DNA from: Tubulanus polymorphus
Taxonomy: Eukaryota; Animalia; Nemertea
Assembly: GCF_964204645.1 (NCBI RefSeq)
Contig: NC_134029.1
Coordinates: 20,764,950-20,828,949, forward strand
Direction of reading: 5' to 3'
Length of the DNA stretch: 64,000 bases
Shown: positions 51,201 through 64,000 of the stretch, piece by piece
Numbering within the stretch: position 1 is the first letter of the stretch
Layout: each line of letters starts with the position of its first letter
Notes under the pieces: generated by a model
What the model was told of the DNA's origin: nothing
The model's database searches: none
Seen by the model: the letters and a program-made list of their open reading frames with translations, nothing else
Program-made: the position numbers and the translations under genes

Positions 51201-54200
51201 ACAGTGAAAGCTATTATTTCAAACATGCTTCATTCGTACCTTTCCATAGTCTTTGCTATCGTGGTAGCACACCGCCCGATTGAAATATGCCATAGCGCAT
51301 GAACTGTCCAGATTTGTAGCCATGGTTAAATCTTGGATCGCGAGCTCATACGCTTTTATGTGATATTTCAACGCACCTCTGAAATAGAAATAGAATTCCG
51401 TATGAAGGGTTATCAGTTTTCAAATAATTTTCAAGCATTTCTTTGAGTTGTTATTTGTACCTGTAAAGATAGGCTCTGACACTTTTTCGCTGCATGCGAA
51501 TTGCTTCATTGCAATTCAATATAGCTTTTGAATACTGTCCTTTCATTCCGTAATATGCGGCTCGACTGAGATAAGCCTAGAAATAGACGCCATATCACAG
51601 AAGAATATAAGTATTGGCTTAATTTCAAGATTTCAATCCTGAAAATTTCTTGCCTTATTGTACCTGGAAAATTGTTGGATCAATGGCCAAGGCTCGGTTG
51701 AAGTCTTGAATTCCTTTCGATTGTTTCAATTTCATTTTCATGAGTCCCCTTTGATAATACGCCTGAAAAATTACGATTTCAATGATAAATTTTTCTTCAA
51801 AATCATCAGCGACAATCATCATGTAAAAGACTTCAAATCACTTACATTAGCATATTTAGGATTAACTTTAAGAGCGTTGTTAAAAGCGTCCAACGCTTCG
51901 AAATGATTTTTCATTTCGCAATAACACTTTCCGATCAGGAAGTACGCTTCCGCCGCTTCTTTCGGCCATGGGATTCGTTCCGTCCACGGTTTCAGTACGG
52001 ACAACGCCTGCTGGAAACTGTTCACCGCGTCGTTGAATCGCTTGTCTTTCATTTCCGTTTTACCGAGAAGGAAATAGTGAGGAGCGATCGGTTTTTGTCT
52101 GGCAGCGAATTGCAGCGCTTCGATCGCTTTGTCGTACTGCTTCAGGAACGACAACACGACGGCCTGTTGCGTCGGACTCTGTCCGAGACCGACGTTCAAC
52201 TCGGCGGCGTGCTGTACGCAGAACGCCGCCAAATCCAGATTGCCGAGTTTCAAAACGAGATACCCGCGATACATATAATAATCGGGAACGTCCGGACGCA
52301 GATGGATCGCTCGCGTGAAATCTAACAACGCGTTCTTAACGTCGTGTACGCGAGTATAAGCTTCAGCTCGGCAGACGTACGCGCGTACGTACGTCGGGTC
52401 GACTTTAATCGCCGCCGTGAAACGTTTCACCGCTCGGTGATAACTCTCCAACTGATAATATATCAAACCGAGGTTGACGTGCGCGCACGCGATGTCTTTA
52501 TTCAGTTTGAGAACGGCTTCGAAGTCGGGTATCGCGTCTTCCCATCGGCCCATCTCGTTATACAGTATTCCGCGGTGTAGATACGCTAACAGGTTATCTT
52601 CGCTGTCATCGATCAGAATCGAAATACTCAAATCGAGCAGCGCCCGTTTCGGGTGACTTGTTCTCAGCAGACAACCGCGGTGGTAGAACGCGAGGCTGTT
52701 ATCCGGGTTCAGGTGAATAGCTTTAGACAGATCGCTGACCGCCGAATTCCACTGTTTGACTTTCGCGTAGGCTAAACCTCGGTATGTGCGGCCTTCGGCG
52801 CTATCGGGTGAAATGTTGAGGAGATCGGTGAAGCTCGAAATACAAGCTGCCCAATTTCTGCAATAAAAACGTTTAGCATCAACCAGTATGCATATTAATT
52901 GACAGATTAATTGACAAGAGGTCAGTTGCTCAAAAGTCAGTTAGAGTTAACCGGTGGATAGTTGAGAATTGAAAGTGATGGTATTTTGAACCAGCCTTTT
53001 TAGCAACATGGCCAAGATCTGTAAAACTCAACGGAGAGTGATTAAACCTACCGATTGTCGAAGTGATATTTAGCATGTTTCAGCAAAGCATCTGTACGGG
53101 TTGGCATCAATTTATGACATCTGTTATAATCTTCTAGAGCTAGCAACATTTCTCCTCGCTGAAAATCGATGAAAAATATTTACCACAAGCGGAAATAGCG
53201 CAACCTAAACAGTTTTTCGAGAATTTTTATTCTGAAAGATTTTACCTGTTCATACATCTCGGCACGTTTAAAGTAAGCCTCATGATCGGTAGGATTTAAT
53301 TTGATAGCTTGTGTATAGTTGATGATAGCCATTGTCATATCATTCGAACGCCGGAATATTTCAGCTCTACAAAACACCATGCCACACTTTAAAACGATAA
53401 TTTATCTAAAGAAATATATCAGGCAAAGATCAGGTCTAGTAGTTTACTGTACCTCGATCTATACGCTCCTGCGTGACTCTTGTTCTGTTTGATAAGGAAG
53501 TTCAAGTCCTCCAGCGCCGGTGTGATTTTATCGTATAGTAAAAATAACAAATGTCTGTGCCAATAAGCATCCAATAACATCGGCTCCAGCTCAATAGCTC
53601 TGAAAAGATTTTATTACGGCATTCAACATCTGAATAAAGATATGAAGAAATCTGAGACTGTTTTAAAATCCCGCGTTCAACTATACTTCGACTAGTTCAA
53701 CTAATTAACTACATTCATAAATTACTGTAGTAGACTTACAGATCTAAATCATTTTGAGCCTGTTTGAGAAATCCGAGCTGAAAGGATATGAAAAGGAACC
53801 ATTATTAATATGAATAAGTTTTTGTAATTTCCGTGCTTTTCGATGTTCGATATAGAGTCATGTGTGGAATTACATACTTTGCGCAGTATAGCACCTCGTC
53901 GACATAAATCAAACGGGCGTGAACTATCTGAGCTTTCGATCACAGCAGTCAATTTCTCAACTTCTTCACTTAGCATCTAAAAAAAGTATGAATAACAATG
54001 TCAAAACTTTTTAATTGATGATGTTGAAAGCTGCATGTTTTCTCTGCATAACCATCAACTCAAGTCGAAAGGGATGCAAAAACTCACTTGAATGATTTCC
54101 TGACTGTCGACTCCTTCCACTAACGGTTCTATTTCGTCGATTAAACTAATATCATATCGCGCCGATACCGTTCTACAGATTAATCAGAAAACAATGGCAG

Positions 54201-57200
54201 AAAATTCGGTAAGCAAATATCGGAAATACGCGTAATGATCAGTCATGAGTTTAATGAAGTTTTGTAAAACATAACAACAGTTTACTAAACAGTTGAATAA
54301 AACACTCTAATCCGTGTAAACAATAAAATTCTTTATGATAAGATCCCGAAACGTTGTGGCTTCATTTTGATAAACTGTTTATCGTATAAAATTTTAATGA
54401 GGGACTTCTTCATTTGATAATGTACCGCTACATACTGTTCATTATTTTTATCCGTAGATTTCTTGGCTGCATCTTCTGCCAACGTAGCGGCGAACTGCTG
54501 GCCGGCGTCCGCGACTTCATCATCGCTCTCCGACTCCGGAGGGAAAACTTCATCGAACCATTCGTTCCAGATATCCCGAACCCATTCTCGTTCGTTCTCA
54601 CTCGAACTGACGAAGAAAAAAGATTTCGCTTTTGTGAACGTTATCTCAGGCCGTTATAATTGATTAATGATTGAAATATTGATTCGTTCATTCTCACCTG
54701 GTAATGCCCCCTTTTTCCTCGACGAAACCTTCAAAATCTAGATTTGTTACACTATTTCTTCTTCGCGAGCGTACGTGGCTAAAAACAAAAGGAGTTGTTA
54801 TTCTCCAAACATTTATCACATGCGTTAAACAATATATTCATTGAAAACTTACAATGGCACTCTTAGTTGTCTCTCAACAACATGTTTTACATTTTCCAAA
54901 GATTTAGATCTTTCGAGTCTATTCGGTTCTTGTTCGATAAACTTTTCGATAGCTTCTATTCGTGCCATATCAATTTGTTTTTTCTTCTTTTTCCTAAAAG
55001 TATATTAGATACGCCTGATTAGCGTTGGAGCAATGCATACTCAGGTCATAAAGATTAACCTTTCCGGATTCGAACTCACGGTTTTGGAATTATCACGTAA
55101 GCGCGACCAGCTTCGACGGCCAATTCTGCAGCAGTCTTTTTTAAATCTGTAACAATAACGTAAAAAATACATAAAGATGTTTGATAATATGTATACACAA
55201 TCAAGAGTTTAAATCTAAGCTAAATTTCAATAGATTTACATAAAGTTATCTAATTTCTGAACCCATATAGTTTTGCAGTATTTACCTCTTGTAAACAAAC
55301 TCTTAAAAGGTGATTCATACGTAGTTTCAATACTTTCAGTAGCCGTATTCGTCATCTGAGTTGAGTCCTGAAAGCAGGTGTAAGTCAATTAAATACCCCT
55401 CGGTGTTTTTCACATTAAACTTAAACTCAATATATAGTAATGTTTACCATTGATGCATCTTCGGTTTCTTCTTCATTTTCATCTTGCGCCTGATTTTCCT
55501 CTTCAGCCTTCCGTTCTTCGGCTACTTTCTGAATGAGCTCGCGTTGTTTGTCGAGCTGAAAATTTCATGAAAATTATTTCATCATTCTTATCATCATCGT
55601 CATCATCATCAGAGCCAAAGGTTATGAAAAGAAGGTACAAGTACAACATCTCTATGCTGAAAACTGGTTCGTATAGGCCTACCTCTGTAACTGCTACTGC
55701 AAAATCTTGTTGTATTACTAGTACATCCTCTTCAGGCTGAATATTTGGTAGAGATTTAGCACGTCTGCAAGAGAGAACGACATTACACGATAATTCTGCC
55801 ACGCTTTCGATCTTGTTTTTATTTCATTGAAATACCTGATTGGTTTGATGAACGGAATTGAAACAGTAGTTTCCGTTCGTGCTGTTGCCGTGTCACTTTC
55901 TTCGACCGTCGACGTCGTTTGAACGGCGGTTGCTTCGACAAACCATTTCCTCATTTCGGCGAACGACATTCGAGGCGCGGTAGACACTTGAATATCGGTT
56001 GCAGCTTCACTTACAGAAGAGCCTTTAATCAAAAAATTCTTTATCGTCAAAGTAGAAAACTAAAATGCAGTGCAAACATTCATCTAATGGGAAAAAGCTC
56101 AGTTATTCATGTTACAAAAAAGGAACTATAAGTATTTGAAACCCCATATCCATATCAGCCAAATTTTTTAATTCTGCCAAAAATTCAAGTTGAGTCTTTT
56201 TACTTCTACCAAGATTTCAAGACAAGTCTTTATGAATCCTTTTGTTTCTACTCAATACAAAACTTACCGAAGGTTTGTTCAGATTTCTGCGCTGTTTTCA
56301 CTGTAGATATCGACCGGGCAGTCGTCGGATAAGTTAGAGTTGATTCTTCTTCGCTTTTCTGTTGGTCGGATTTCAGATTTTCGAGCTTCATAATCATCAG
56401 GTTCGTCAGATCTTCGCAGGAATGATACGTACGCGTAAGAATCCTAAGTAAAATAGTTTTGAGCAATGTTTAAATTGTCTCGAGCTGAAATCCTGCACCC
56501 AATTCCGCAGTAGTAAATTACAACAGGACTCTAGTTTCAACTGAAAAAACCAATATCCATTATTTTTCTAACCTGTTTACTATTGTTGCGTCTCTCGAAG
56601 TCATCTGAGGGGCTTCGTAAAATTCATCGTCTGTCAAACTTTCATCGGATTCATCGGCGTCAATGTCCGTAAGTCTCCTACTCGGACGCATCGAGCTCTG
56701 ATAAGCCGGGAATAAGTGCATCTTTACCCTAGCCGGAGCGACGTCCAATTTAGCTGGAGCCGGAGTCCAGTAAAACCTCGATTCATCATTTTTCAATTTC
56801 ACCTGCATTCCTTCGATCGTCAATTCATCAGTCTGAAAAGGAAAATAAACTTAAGCTTCACAAGCGTCCATATTTTATAGATTTAAATAAAAAGAGACTG
56901 ATAAAATACTTGACTTACTTGAATCAATTCTTCTGCAGTTGATTTCAATTCGTCGTAACTGTATCGATCTTGTTTACCCAATAACTCAGCTTCGTTGAGG
57001 ATCCAAGCTGCTGCCTGCGACAGTCTACGATTGCGTTCATCTTCACTTTCACTCGGAACCGCATGTACGGCCGTTTCATCTTCAATCATCACCTCTGGAC
57101 CCATGAAATCCTCCGCCTTTTCATGAAAGATCATTATGAATAAAAGCCACAGGTTAAGGCCTGCCGGGCATTAGCCATATATAAAATCAAAGAAATCAGG

Positions 57201-60187
57201 GTGACCACTTTTGTATGACTTGTTTTTCTTCTGACTTTTCCCGGCTATTCCCTGACATGCTCATTGCTTTGACTCGATCTACTAAGAATCCAATCAGTTG
57301 ACTCGGTCAAATACATGTATGTAAAACATAGATGAAAACTGATTTTATGCGAGATCTGGCAATCTCAACAAATTTCCCTGATTTCCAGATAAGTGGCCAC
57401 CCTGAAAATGAAGGCATCTTACCCTTTTATTAAAGGCCTGTACAGTTTCGTATTTAGCCTGCGTAATATGCTTCCTCATAACTCCTTGTAGCTCTTTCGG
57501 CAGCTGATACTCGGAGGAGACCGAACAGAAATGATGAAAACTGGTGAAATCTCGCCCAGTTTCTTCCACCGGTATTTTACTCGACTCTTCTGCTGATGCG
57601 TCTTCTTCATCTATGCTGTCGAGCTTCGGCGGTTCTTGGCGTTGATGGAGAACTTGTTTTTCACCAGCGATGCTCACTAGATCTTCATGCGTAACGTCAA
57701 CTGGTAATTCAAAATCTCTTAAAATCTGAAACGGGAATTGGAAAAAATGAAAGTTGTGCCTTTTTACTGCATCATATCCAGCAGTTTGTAGCATTAACCT
57801 GCTCCATTTCCGATCTTTTTCTGAGCATTTCTTCCTCTTCCGCTTGCTGGATTCTGAGTTCTTCGGCTTTCTTCTCGGTCTCTTGCTGTTCAACTTCTTT
57901 CCTTATTTCAGCAAAGGTCTTTGCCAAAGCATCTTCTGAAGCTTGTGTCTCCTGCTCAGCAGCTTCATCTTCTTAAACGATATGAATTTTATAAACCGTA
58001 ATGATCGAGGTAGAAATACATTTGAAAATACAATCATTTTTCTACATTTATTACATTACCCTCTTCAGGTGTTTTCGCTTGTTCAATCTCTATTTCTGTT
58101 TCCTCATCTTGTTCATCCTGTTGCTGTTCACTTGTCAAACCTTCCTCAGTATGTTTATCAGAAGATTCTGAAAACAAGTATATGTATATGTATACAATAT
58201 GGTATATGTATACATATTCTTGTTTTTCCTAAGAATTCAAGTTGCAAAACTGATATCGGTGAACATACCATCGTATGGTGTAGATGGAGCTCGAGTCATC
58301 ACTCTGTCCATTATCTCTTTAATTTTACGATCCGACTCCGACATGCTAGAACGCAAATTCATAAAACAATTTCACCGCCGAACGTAAGAAGAACAAGAGA
58401 ACATTAATGGTAGCGAAGAGAAATCATCATCTTTCTTACACGTGTGTATCTTGCGTTTTCAACGACGAAATAATATCATCGACGGATCTGCCCTCGGATT
58501 TCAGAGCGGGAACGGGCTCTGATTTCGTCGATTGTTTCTCTTTCGAGGATCCTTTACCTGTTCCAAGAGATTTATAATTTAATGAAATTACGTACATCAA
58601 GTGATACATCGGTTTTTTCCAGTTATCTTCGATACCTTTTGCGCCATCTCTTCCCGACTGACTACTGATGGAATGTTTCTTAGAACTGTGACTTCTTTTA
58701 CCACTAGTGAGAGCTTTAGCTTCTTCGAGAAGTTCTTTACTGGATTTGACCTACAAATCAGTTACCCAATCATTCAAACTATCCATGAGCCAATAAATAA
58801 GAATAGCGTCTGTATTAAAGGTTTTACTTACTGAACTGCCACTTGAGACATAACTCTTTTGGTCATCTGGTTTTTTATCTTCAACATTTTGGTCTAACTT
58901 TGCTAAATCGACCTCTGAAATTCCTACTTTTGATCTCTTCGCTACAAATACAAGATATTGAATTTTCCATACATATTCAAAATGAACCATTTCAAGGAAT
59001 TCGGAGAAATGCTTTGACATACCTGTGCTTTTTCGAGTGAATCCTGAAATTGGTCTTGATGGAGGTTTTTGTCTTTCGGCTACTGGTACGGCAGCAATTG
59101 TCCCCGCCTGTGGTAGAATAGCTGGCTTACTCGGTATTGTGGCCAAATCTAACTTTGGACTCGATGACATCGGGGTCAAATATGCTAAAGTTGAATTAGC
59201 CTGAGAATGCAAGAAAATAAGGCAAATAAGAAGTGCCGAGATCAATAAATTCAAAATCCAAATCCCGACTGATCGTCACGAATTAAATTACCTTGTTGAT
59301 TTCTCCAATTGCTATATCGTCTTTTGAAATCGCCGACTGGCCTTGCATAAAGACTTTTAAATCATCTATCTTAGTGCTAAGATGAATAAAATGAATATAC
59401 ACACGATGAATGAGTGAATATCTGCTAAAAGCTTGGACTCTGAAACAAATCATGTAACAGAAAACGCTCAAAGACCATGAAAGAGATAAACAAAAATTAC
59501 CTGCTTCTTGATGGATGGACTCCTACCGATGTAACTTTTGGCTTTTTTAGCTCTAAAAAGCATAATTGCAGTTTTAAATATGGTAGGCCAACTATTTCAA
59601 ATCTTACAAACGCGATATCTTTACCTTCAATGGTCGTTTGATCTTTATTCAAATTAGGATAGGATTTTTTAAGTTCATCCGTTCCGGGTAATTTAGCGTC
59701 AGGCCCCTTTTCAAGTGGATTATAAGCGTCAGGTTTAACTTGTACATTATGAGGCTACACAAAATAGAAACGATAAAAAATTAGATCGAAGACTTTACGA
59801 CCAATGATAACTCGAAAACAGCTGTACCTACTTTAGGCGGAAATGGAATTATTGGGTCACGCTTTCGTTTCTTAATTTTCTTGGGAGTTTTGAATTCTTC
59901 TCTGATTTTGCTGAAAATATTTGATAGGAACGATTTAATAGGAAAACTTTTGAAAAAATATTCACGTCCACCACCACTGAACCCTAAGTTACTTACTTGG
60001 TCACATTGTCGGTTGTTGCGGCATTTTTCTTTTTTTCTTTGAGGGCAAGTTGAATTTCACCGATGGTTTTTCGTGCGACATTATCCAGTTCCTTTTTGAG
60101 TATCTGACTTTCTCTATCATTAACATTCAGGCGGAATGGTTTACTGACAAACTCACGTCTATCAAATGGTGACAGACCTCCCTCCAT
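48269..60187 (-). CDS. TTC6: Large TPR-repeat protein, TTC6-like (long acidic/low-complexity N-terminus, many C-terminal TPRs)
   Basis: Many GT-AG exons from a probable ATG (MEGGLSPFDRREF, 60187) to TGA at 48269. TPRs such as AYLHRGILY..AIPDFEAVLKLN, AIINYTQAIKLNP, YFNAANIYFH, VYLNRGNLY. The start codon and orthology are inferred. Confidence 0.78.
48585..49172. repeat. 39-42-bp minisatellite, ~15 copies, in the last TTC6 intron
   Basis: GAGCCTTACATGAGGGGCATGTGCATAGGTCTAAACCTCT(TT) repeated; the terminal copy contains the real splice donor. Confidence 0.97.
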
Positions 60188-61445
60188 TGTAAAAGCAACC
60201 TGTAACAATCGAATTTGGCTTAAAATGACTGAATGTTGTCGAATGGACAATGATCCAATAGTTTTAGTATCTATAGCTGTTGGGGCGTTCGTTTGTGTTC
60301 CCATAACTGGACCGTAACGTCTGGTATTCCAACTATCAACAGACTAACTGTTAACAGAATTGCTGGGATATTGAAAGGATCTAAGCTACACCCCCAAACT
60401 CCAACTACGAGCTCCAATGTAATAATGCTAATTGAAAATTTAAGTCAGAAAAACTTTTATTCAGTTACGAAGTGGATGGGGATAGGATTAGGGTAAGGTG
60501 AGGTACTAGGTAGTTAAAATATTGGGTTGGTTTTCAGCGAGCCCAGTGGTCTGAAGTGGGAAGACGCTGCGCTAGTAATTTACTGGCCCGGTCCACACTT
60601 TCCTCAAATTTTCTGAGTCACGCACCTGTGTGCACATGCGCGGCGTAAATCAGCGACGATGTACGGTAAAATAATGGAAATAAACACACTGCCGTATACA
60701 GTAAAATATCCACCGCGTTTTAGTTAGGCCTTCCTTTTCTGCTTTTTTATTCAATTTTGACAATTATTGAGGAATTTTGACTCTTTTCGAGGCTTATATT
60801 TCGACAAAAGTTACAGACAATAGTCAATGGGACCGGCTTGATTTCGAGCACTCTTTTATTTACCGATAAAAGGTGGTTTACACGGGTTAATCCAGAGTTT
60901 TCGCCGTACTCAGTGTTATTTTTCTAGTCAGACATGGGCGCCGCCATACTTGGTAACGTATAAACAGTAGTGCCGAACGGGAGAGCCATCTACGACACTG
61001 GAGCCAGTCACCTGTAAGAGTTCAACGAAGACAATCTAACTGGCGCTCCAGAATCGGGTGATCAAAAAGTGGCTCATTCAACAACTCGGGATTGATTGGA
61101 TTTTCGGTTAAGGTTAGCGGGTTAGAGGAAAGACTGAAGGTCGTAGACGAGTTGTAATTTAAGTGTCACCTGTGGCATGTGGCAGTAGTAATTGATAGCG
61201 TTATTAATTAGTACAATTAGCTTGGGCAAGCAATCATAGTATTTTGAAAGGCAGTAATTAAAAGGGTTTTTGATGTTTTCTAATGTTTGTACTCTTTGCC
61301 AAAATTCGTTCAGTTTGATAGAGTAGAGAACAATTAATTAGGCCAGGATTGGCATTTCATTTATGACATGTGACCAAAATGTGAATCGTAAATAATTAGT
61401 AAATTAGCCTGTAAACTCTGACGTGGAGTATTGTTTAAACCCATT

Positions 61446-61615
61446 GTATACAAAATTTAACAGATTAAAAGCAAGTTTTATTTATCAAAGATTAGAAAAC
61501 TCAACGTAATTGAACTCTCACTAGTCTAGATAGATTGAGAGTTTGAAACGTTGTGTATCTTAATTCTTGATAGGTCTAAATAAAATTTGCTTTTAATCTT
61601 TTTAATTTTGTATAC
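61446..61615. repeat. Palindrome, possibly Penelope-derived
   Basis: GTATACAAAATT..GATTAAAAGCAA..CAACG..AACTCTCA and TGAGAGTTTGAAACGTTG..TTGCTTTTAATC..AATTTTGTATAC. Confidence 0.6.
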
Positions 61616-61842
61616 TAAGGTATTGTGGGTTTCAAACTTAAACATGATAGGGAAATTTACTTATGATATTTGTCCTAATGTAATGATTGACGTACATTAG
61701 GGGCCTAATGCTTTGTGAAACCGTGAATCCATCATTGTCTATTGTCGCAACGCTATAACCAGTCAGCAGTCAGGTATATATCTTCCTAGGTGCAGCTTGT
61801 TTATCTTCTTTCTGACATTGCTTATGATTGCAGTTTTTGGTA

Positions 61843-64000
61843 ATGGACACATTCGGAGAAGAAAAGCTTGATGTCGAACCGGACTGGAAATGCGAAGAAC
61901 TCATCGCTGATAAATGTCATCTCGAATTATGGGCCGTCAAAAATGTAATGAAGTTACTCGACGCCGATAACACTGTTCCATTCATCGCTCGATATCGTAA
62001 AGAAATGACTAATAATATGGAAGCCGAAACTATTCGAGAGGTTGAGAGCTCGTATGAAGAACTGAAGTAAGAAAATGAGATGATTGACGATAATAATATC
62101 GCTTTAAAGCAATGGAATCATTAACATTAATGAGCAAAATCCACAGTTGATGATTTAAGAATTTATTCTGACATTTCTGAAGTTTTGAATAAACTTCATC
62201 GGAGAAACCAAAAACAGTTTTGATTTTCCTTTCTCTGATAATGAAGTTTAATAAAAACTTTGAAACTGCCAGAAAAAATTCTTAAATTATCAACGTTGGG
62301 TTTCGTTCATTAACTCAGAAATACCGAGATTAACATCATTCTACCAGTCGGAATTATCAACACTTGTTTATGACATGAGTCAACATTGTTTACAATCTAC
62401 TGTTGCCAGTATGTTTTTGAATTAATTGATAATGACGATTAGCTCGTATTTACTTACTGCAGGAATGTTAAGAAAAAAATAGCGACTGTTATGACCAGCA
62501 TAAAGAAATTGGAGAAGTTGGATAGAACAATAGCGAGCATTTTGAAAAACTGTCAAACAGTTCGGGAAGTTGAAGAAGTGGTCAGTATTAAAGAAATGAA
62601 TATCATTTACCAATAAAAAGCCTAGGTTAATCAGGGTATCCACAACTCCTTTATTTCTTAAAAACCTCTGAATGGAAAATGCTTTAAAACCTGAAACCTG
62701 AAACTCCTTTAAAACTCATTCAATTTTTGTAAAAAGGCAATTGGAAATGTTAATAGCTGTACAGCGGACTCTGCCCAAATTGGTGCAGATTTATTCTCTA
62801 ACCAATTAGGCAGTCACCAAATTATAAAACAAGTTAGAGTAGGTATAGAATTGAAATGTGCTTAACAACCCACCCAAAAAATATTTTACCAAGATAAACA
62901 GTCCCGATTTAGGAGGAGTCTACTGTAATTGGGATATAAGAGTGGTTCAGACACTCCTCAAAATTTGAAATTTTCTGTTTTGAAACTTATATCAAGGAAT
63001 GACTAATCTGTAGGATCCCTGTTGATAAGTATCTTGATGATTTAATTTCAGTACGCTCCGTATAAACCAGGTTCTAAACGTTCATTAGCCGAACGTGCCC
63101 GTGAACTAGGTTTAGAAGATGTAGCGATGAATGTTCTTCGAAATCCACAAAGACAAGTAGATTTTTGCAAGTTTCTTCGAACCGGAACAAAAGGTTTGAT
63201 TTTTTAATCTAAAATGCAGTGACATCTGCATCAATGGATGAAAATTATAGATTTTGATTATGTATTCGCTTTAAAGATAATCCCTGTCAGATTTTATTGT
63301 CTGAATTTAGGTTAAGATAATTTAGATGGCATTCCCTTAATACGTTCAATATTTGTCGATAAATTTTGCGTTCAGGGCTTTCAACGATTGCTGAAATAAA
63401 ATCTGGGGTTCAGCACGTAATAGCGGATATCATCGCTAAGGATAAAGATATAATGAATGGATTACGAAAGTTGTAAGTTTGATAACCGTAACCTGTCATT
63501 TGTACTCAATAACTGTATAAAAAAAAGTAGCTCATTTTTTGTTGTACTGTTGGCCTAGTTTTGCTCATGCGAGTGTATCTTATTTCTGTTTAATGAAGAT
63601 TCGATAGCTCCTTTGTTCGGATTGAGTCTCATGAGTCTAAAACTGTAAAGAAAGGTGCATCGGAAGAGACAGCAAAAAGACCAGCGGCCAAAACGAAGTC
63701 TAAGACGGCCGTTCCGTCGAAAGAGACTATTCCGGAAGAAACTGCTGCAAAGTATCAGCAGTATTTTGACTTCAGCTGTAACCTCAAGCAAATCAAACCA
63801 CATCAGGTACCGGTATACGCTGTCGAAATCAGACTACTTGTAGTCTACCCTCAATATGAGGATTTAACTACAAAAATATGTTTAACTGACATTTCAGATA
63901 TAATACCTCTACCCGTCTTCAGGGATTGATTTGAAGAGAAAATGTTTTGATAAATCTCAGCAGATGGGTAGAAGCGTTATACCAGTTTTAAACCATCATA
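61843..64000 (+). CDS. SRBD1: S1 RNA-binding domain-containing protein 1 (Tex-like), 5' part
   Basis: NTVPFIARYRKEMT, YAPYKPGSKRSLAERARELGLE, SGVQHVIADIIAKD, KYQQYFDF..IKPHQ. Approximate exons: 61843-62066, 62463-62580, 63052-63193, 63376-63472, 63599-63806. Continues beyond the window. Confidence 0.9.
62127..62313. repeat. Inverted repeat carrying two opposed hammerhead-like motifs (SRBD1 intron)
   Basis: Outer arms TTAATGAGCAAAATCCACAGTTGATGATTTAAGAATTT and AAATTCTTAAATTATCAACGTTGGGTTTCGTTCATTAA; inner CTGATAATGAAGTTT..AAACTTTGAAACTGCCAGA and its reverse counterpart. Confidence 0.6.

Noticed and set aside
60539-60600. tRNA-Thr(AGT)-like 5' half
   Set aside because: The anticodon stem is unpaired and there is no T-arm or B-box; at most a decayed SINE/tRNA relic.

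Overview
AT-rich, intron-rich animal genomic DNA. A spiralian/lophotrochozoan source is an inference from gene content and the homeobox type. The window holds a dense run of conserved genes: the 3' end of an AT-hook protein gene (possibly PDS5), NUP58 (-), NAT10 (+), LSM6 (+), a Tctex1-domain dynein light chain (-), REEP5 (-), MRPL34 (+), SPG21/maspardin (+), a TTC6-like TPR gene (-) and the 5' part of SRBD1 (+). Six of these sit in three head-to-head pairs. The standout is an intact, intronless, divergent TALE-class homeobox gene (SPILE-like) nested antisense in intron 2 of NUP58. It has its own TATA/Inr promoter, a duplicated TAATTA-rich upstream module, a TGACA/TGTCA palindrome and a polyA signal. 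A ~12 kb stretch without conserved genes (31.3-43.5 kb) holds a ~116-bp satellite, degenerate duplications, an inverted pair of RTE-LINE fragments and signs of a spliced minus-strand non-coding or micro-ORF transcript. Also present are several MITE families with visible TSDs, degenerate Penelope-type hammerhead motifs, a GC-AG intron and a minisatellite made of duplicated splice donors. Exon coordinates were read by eye and may be off by a few bases.
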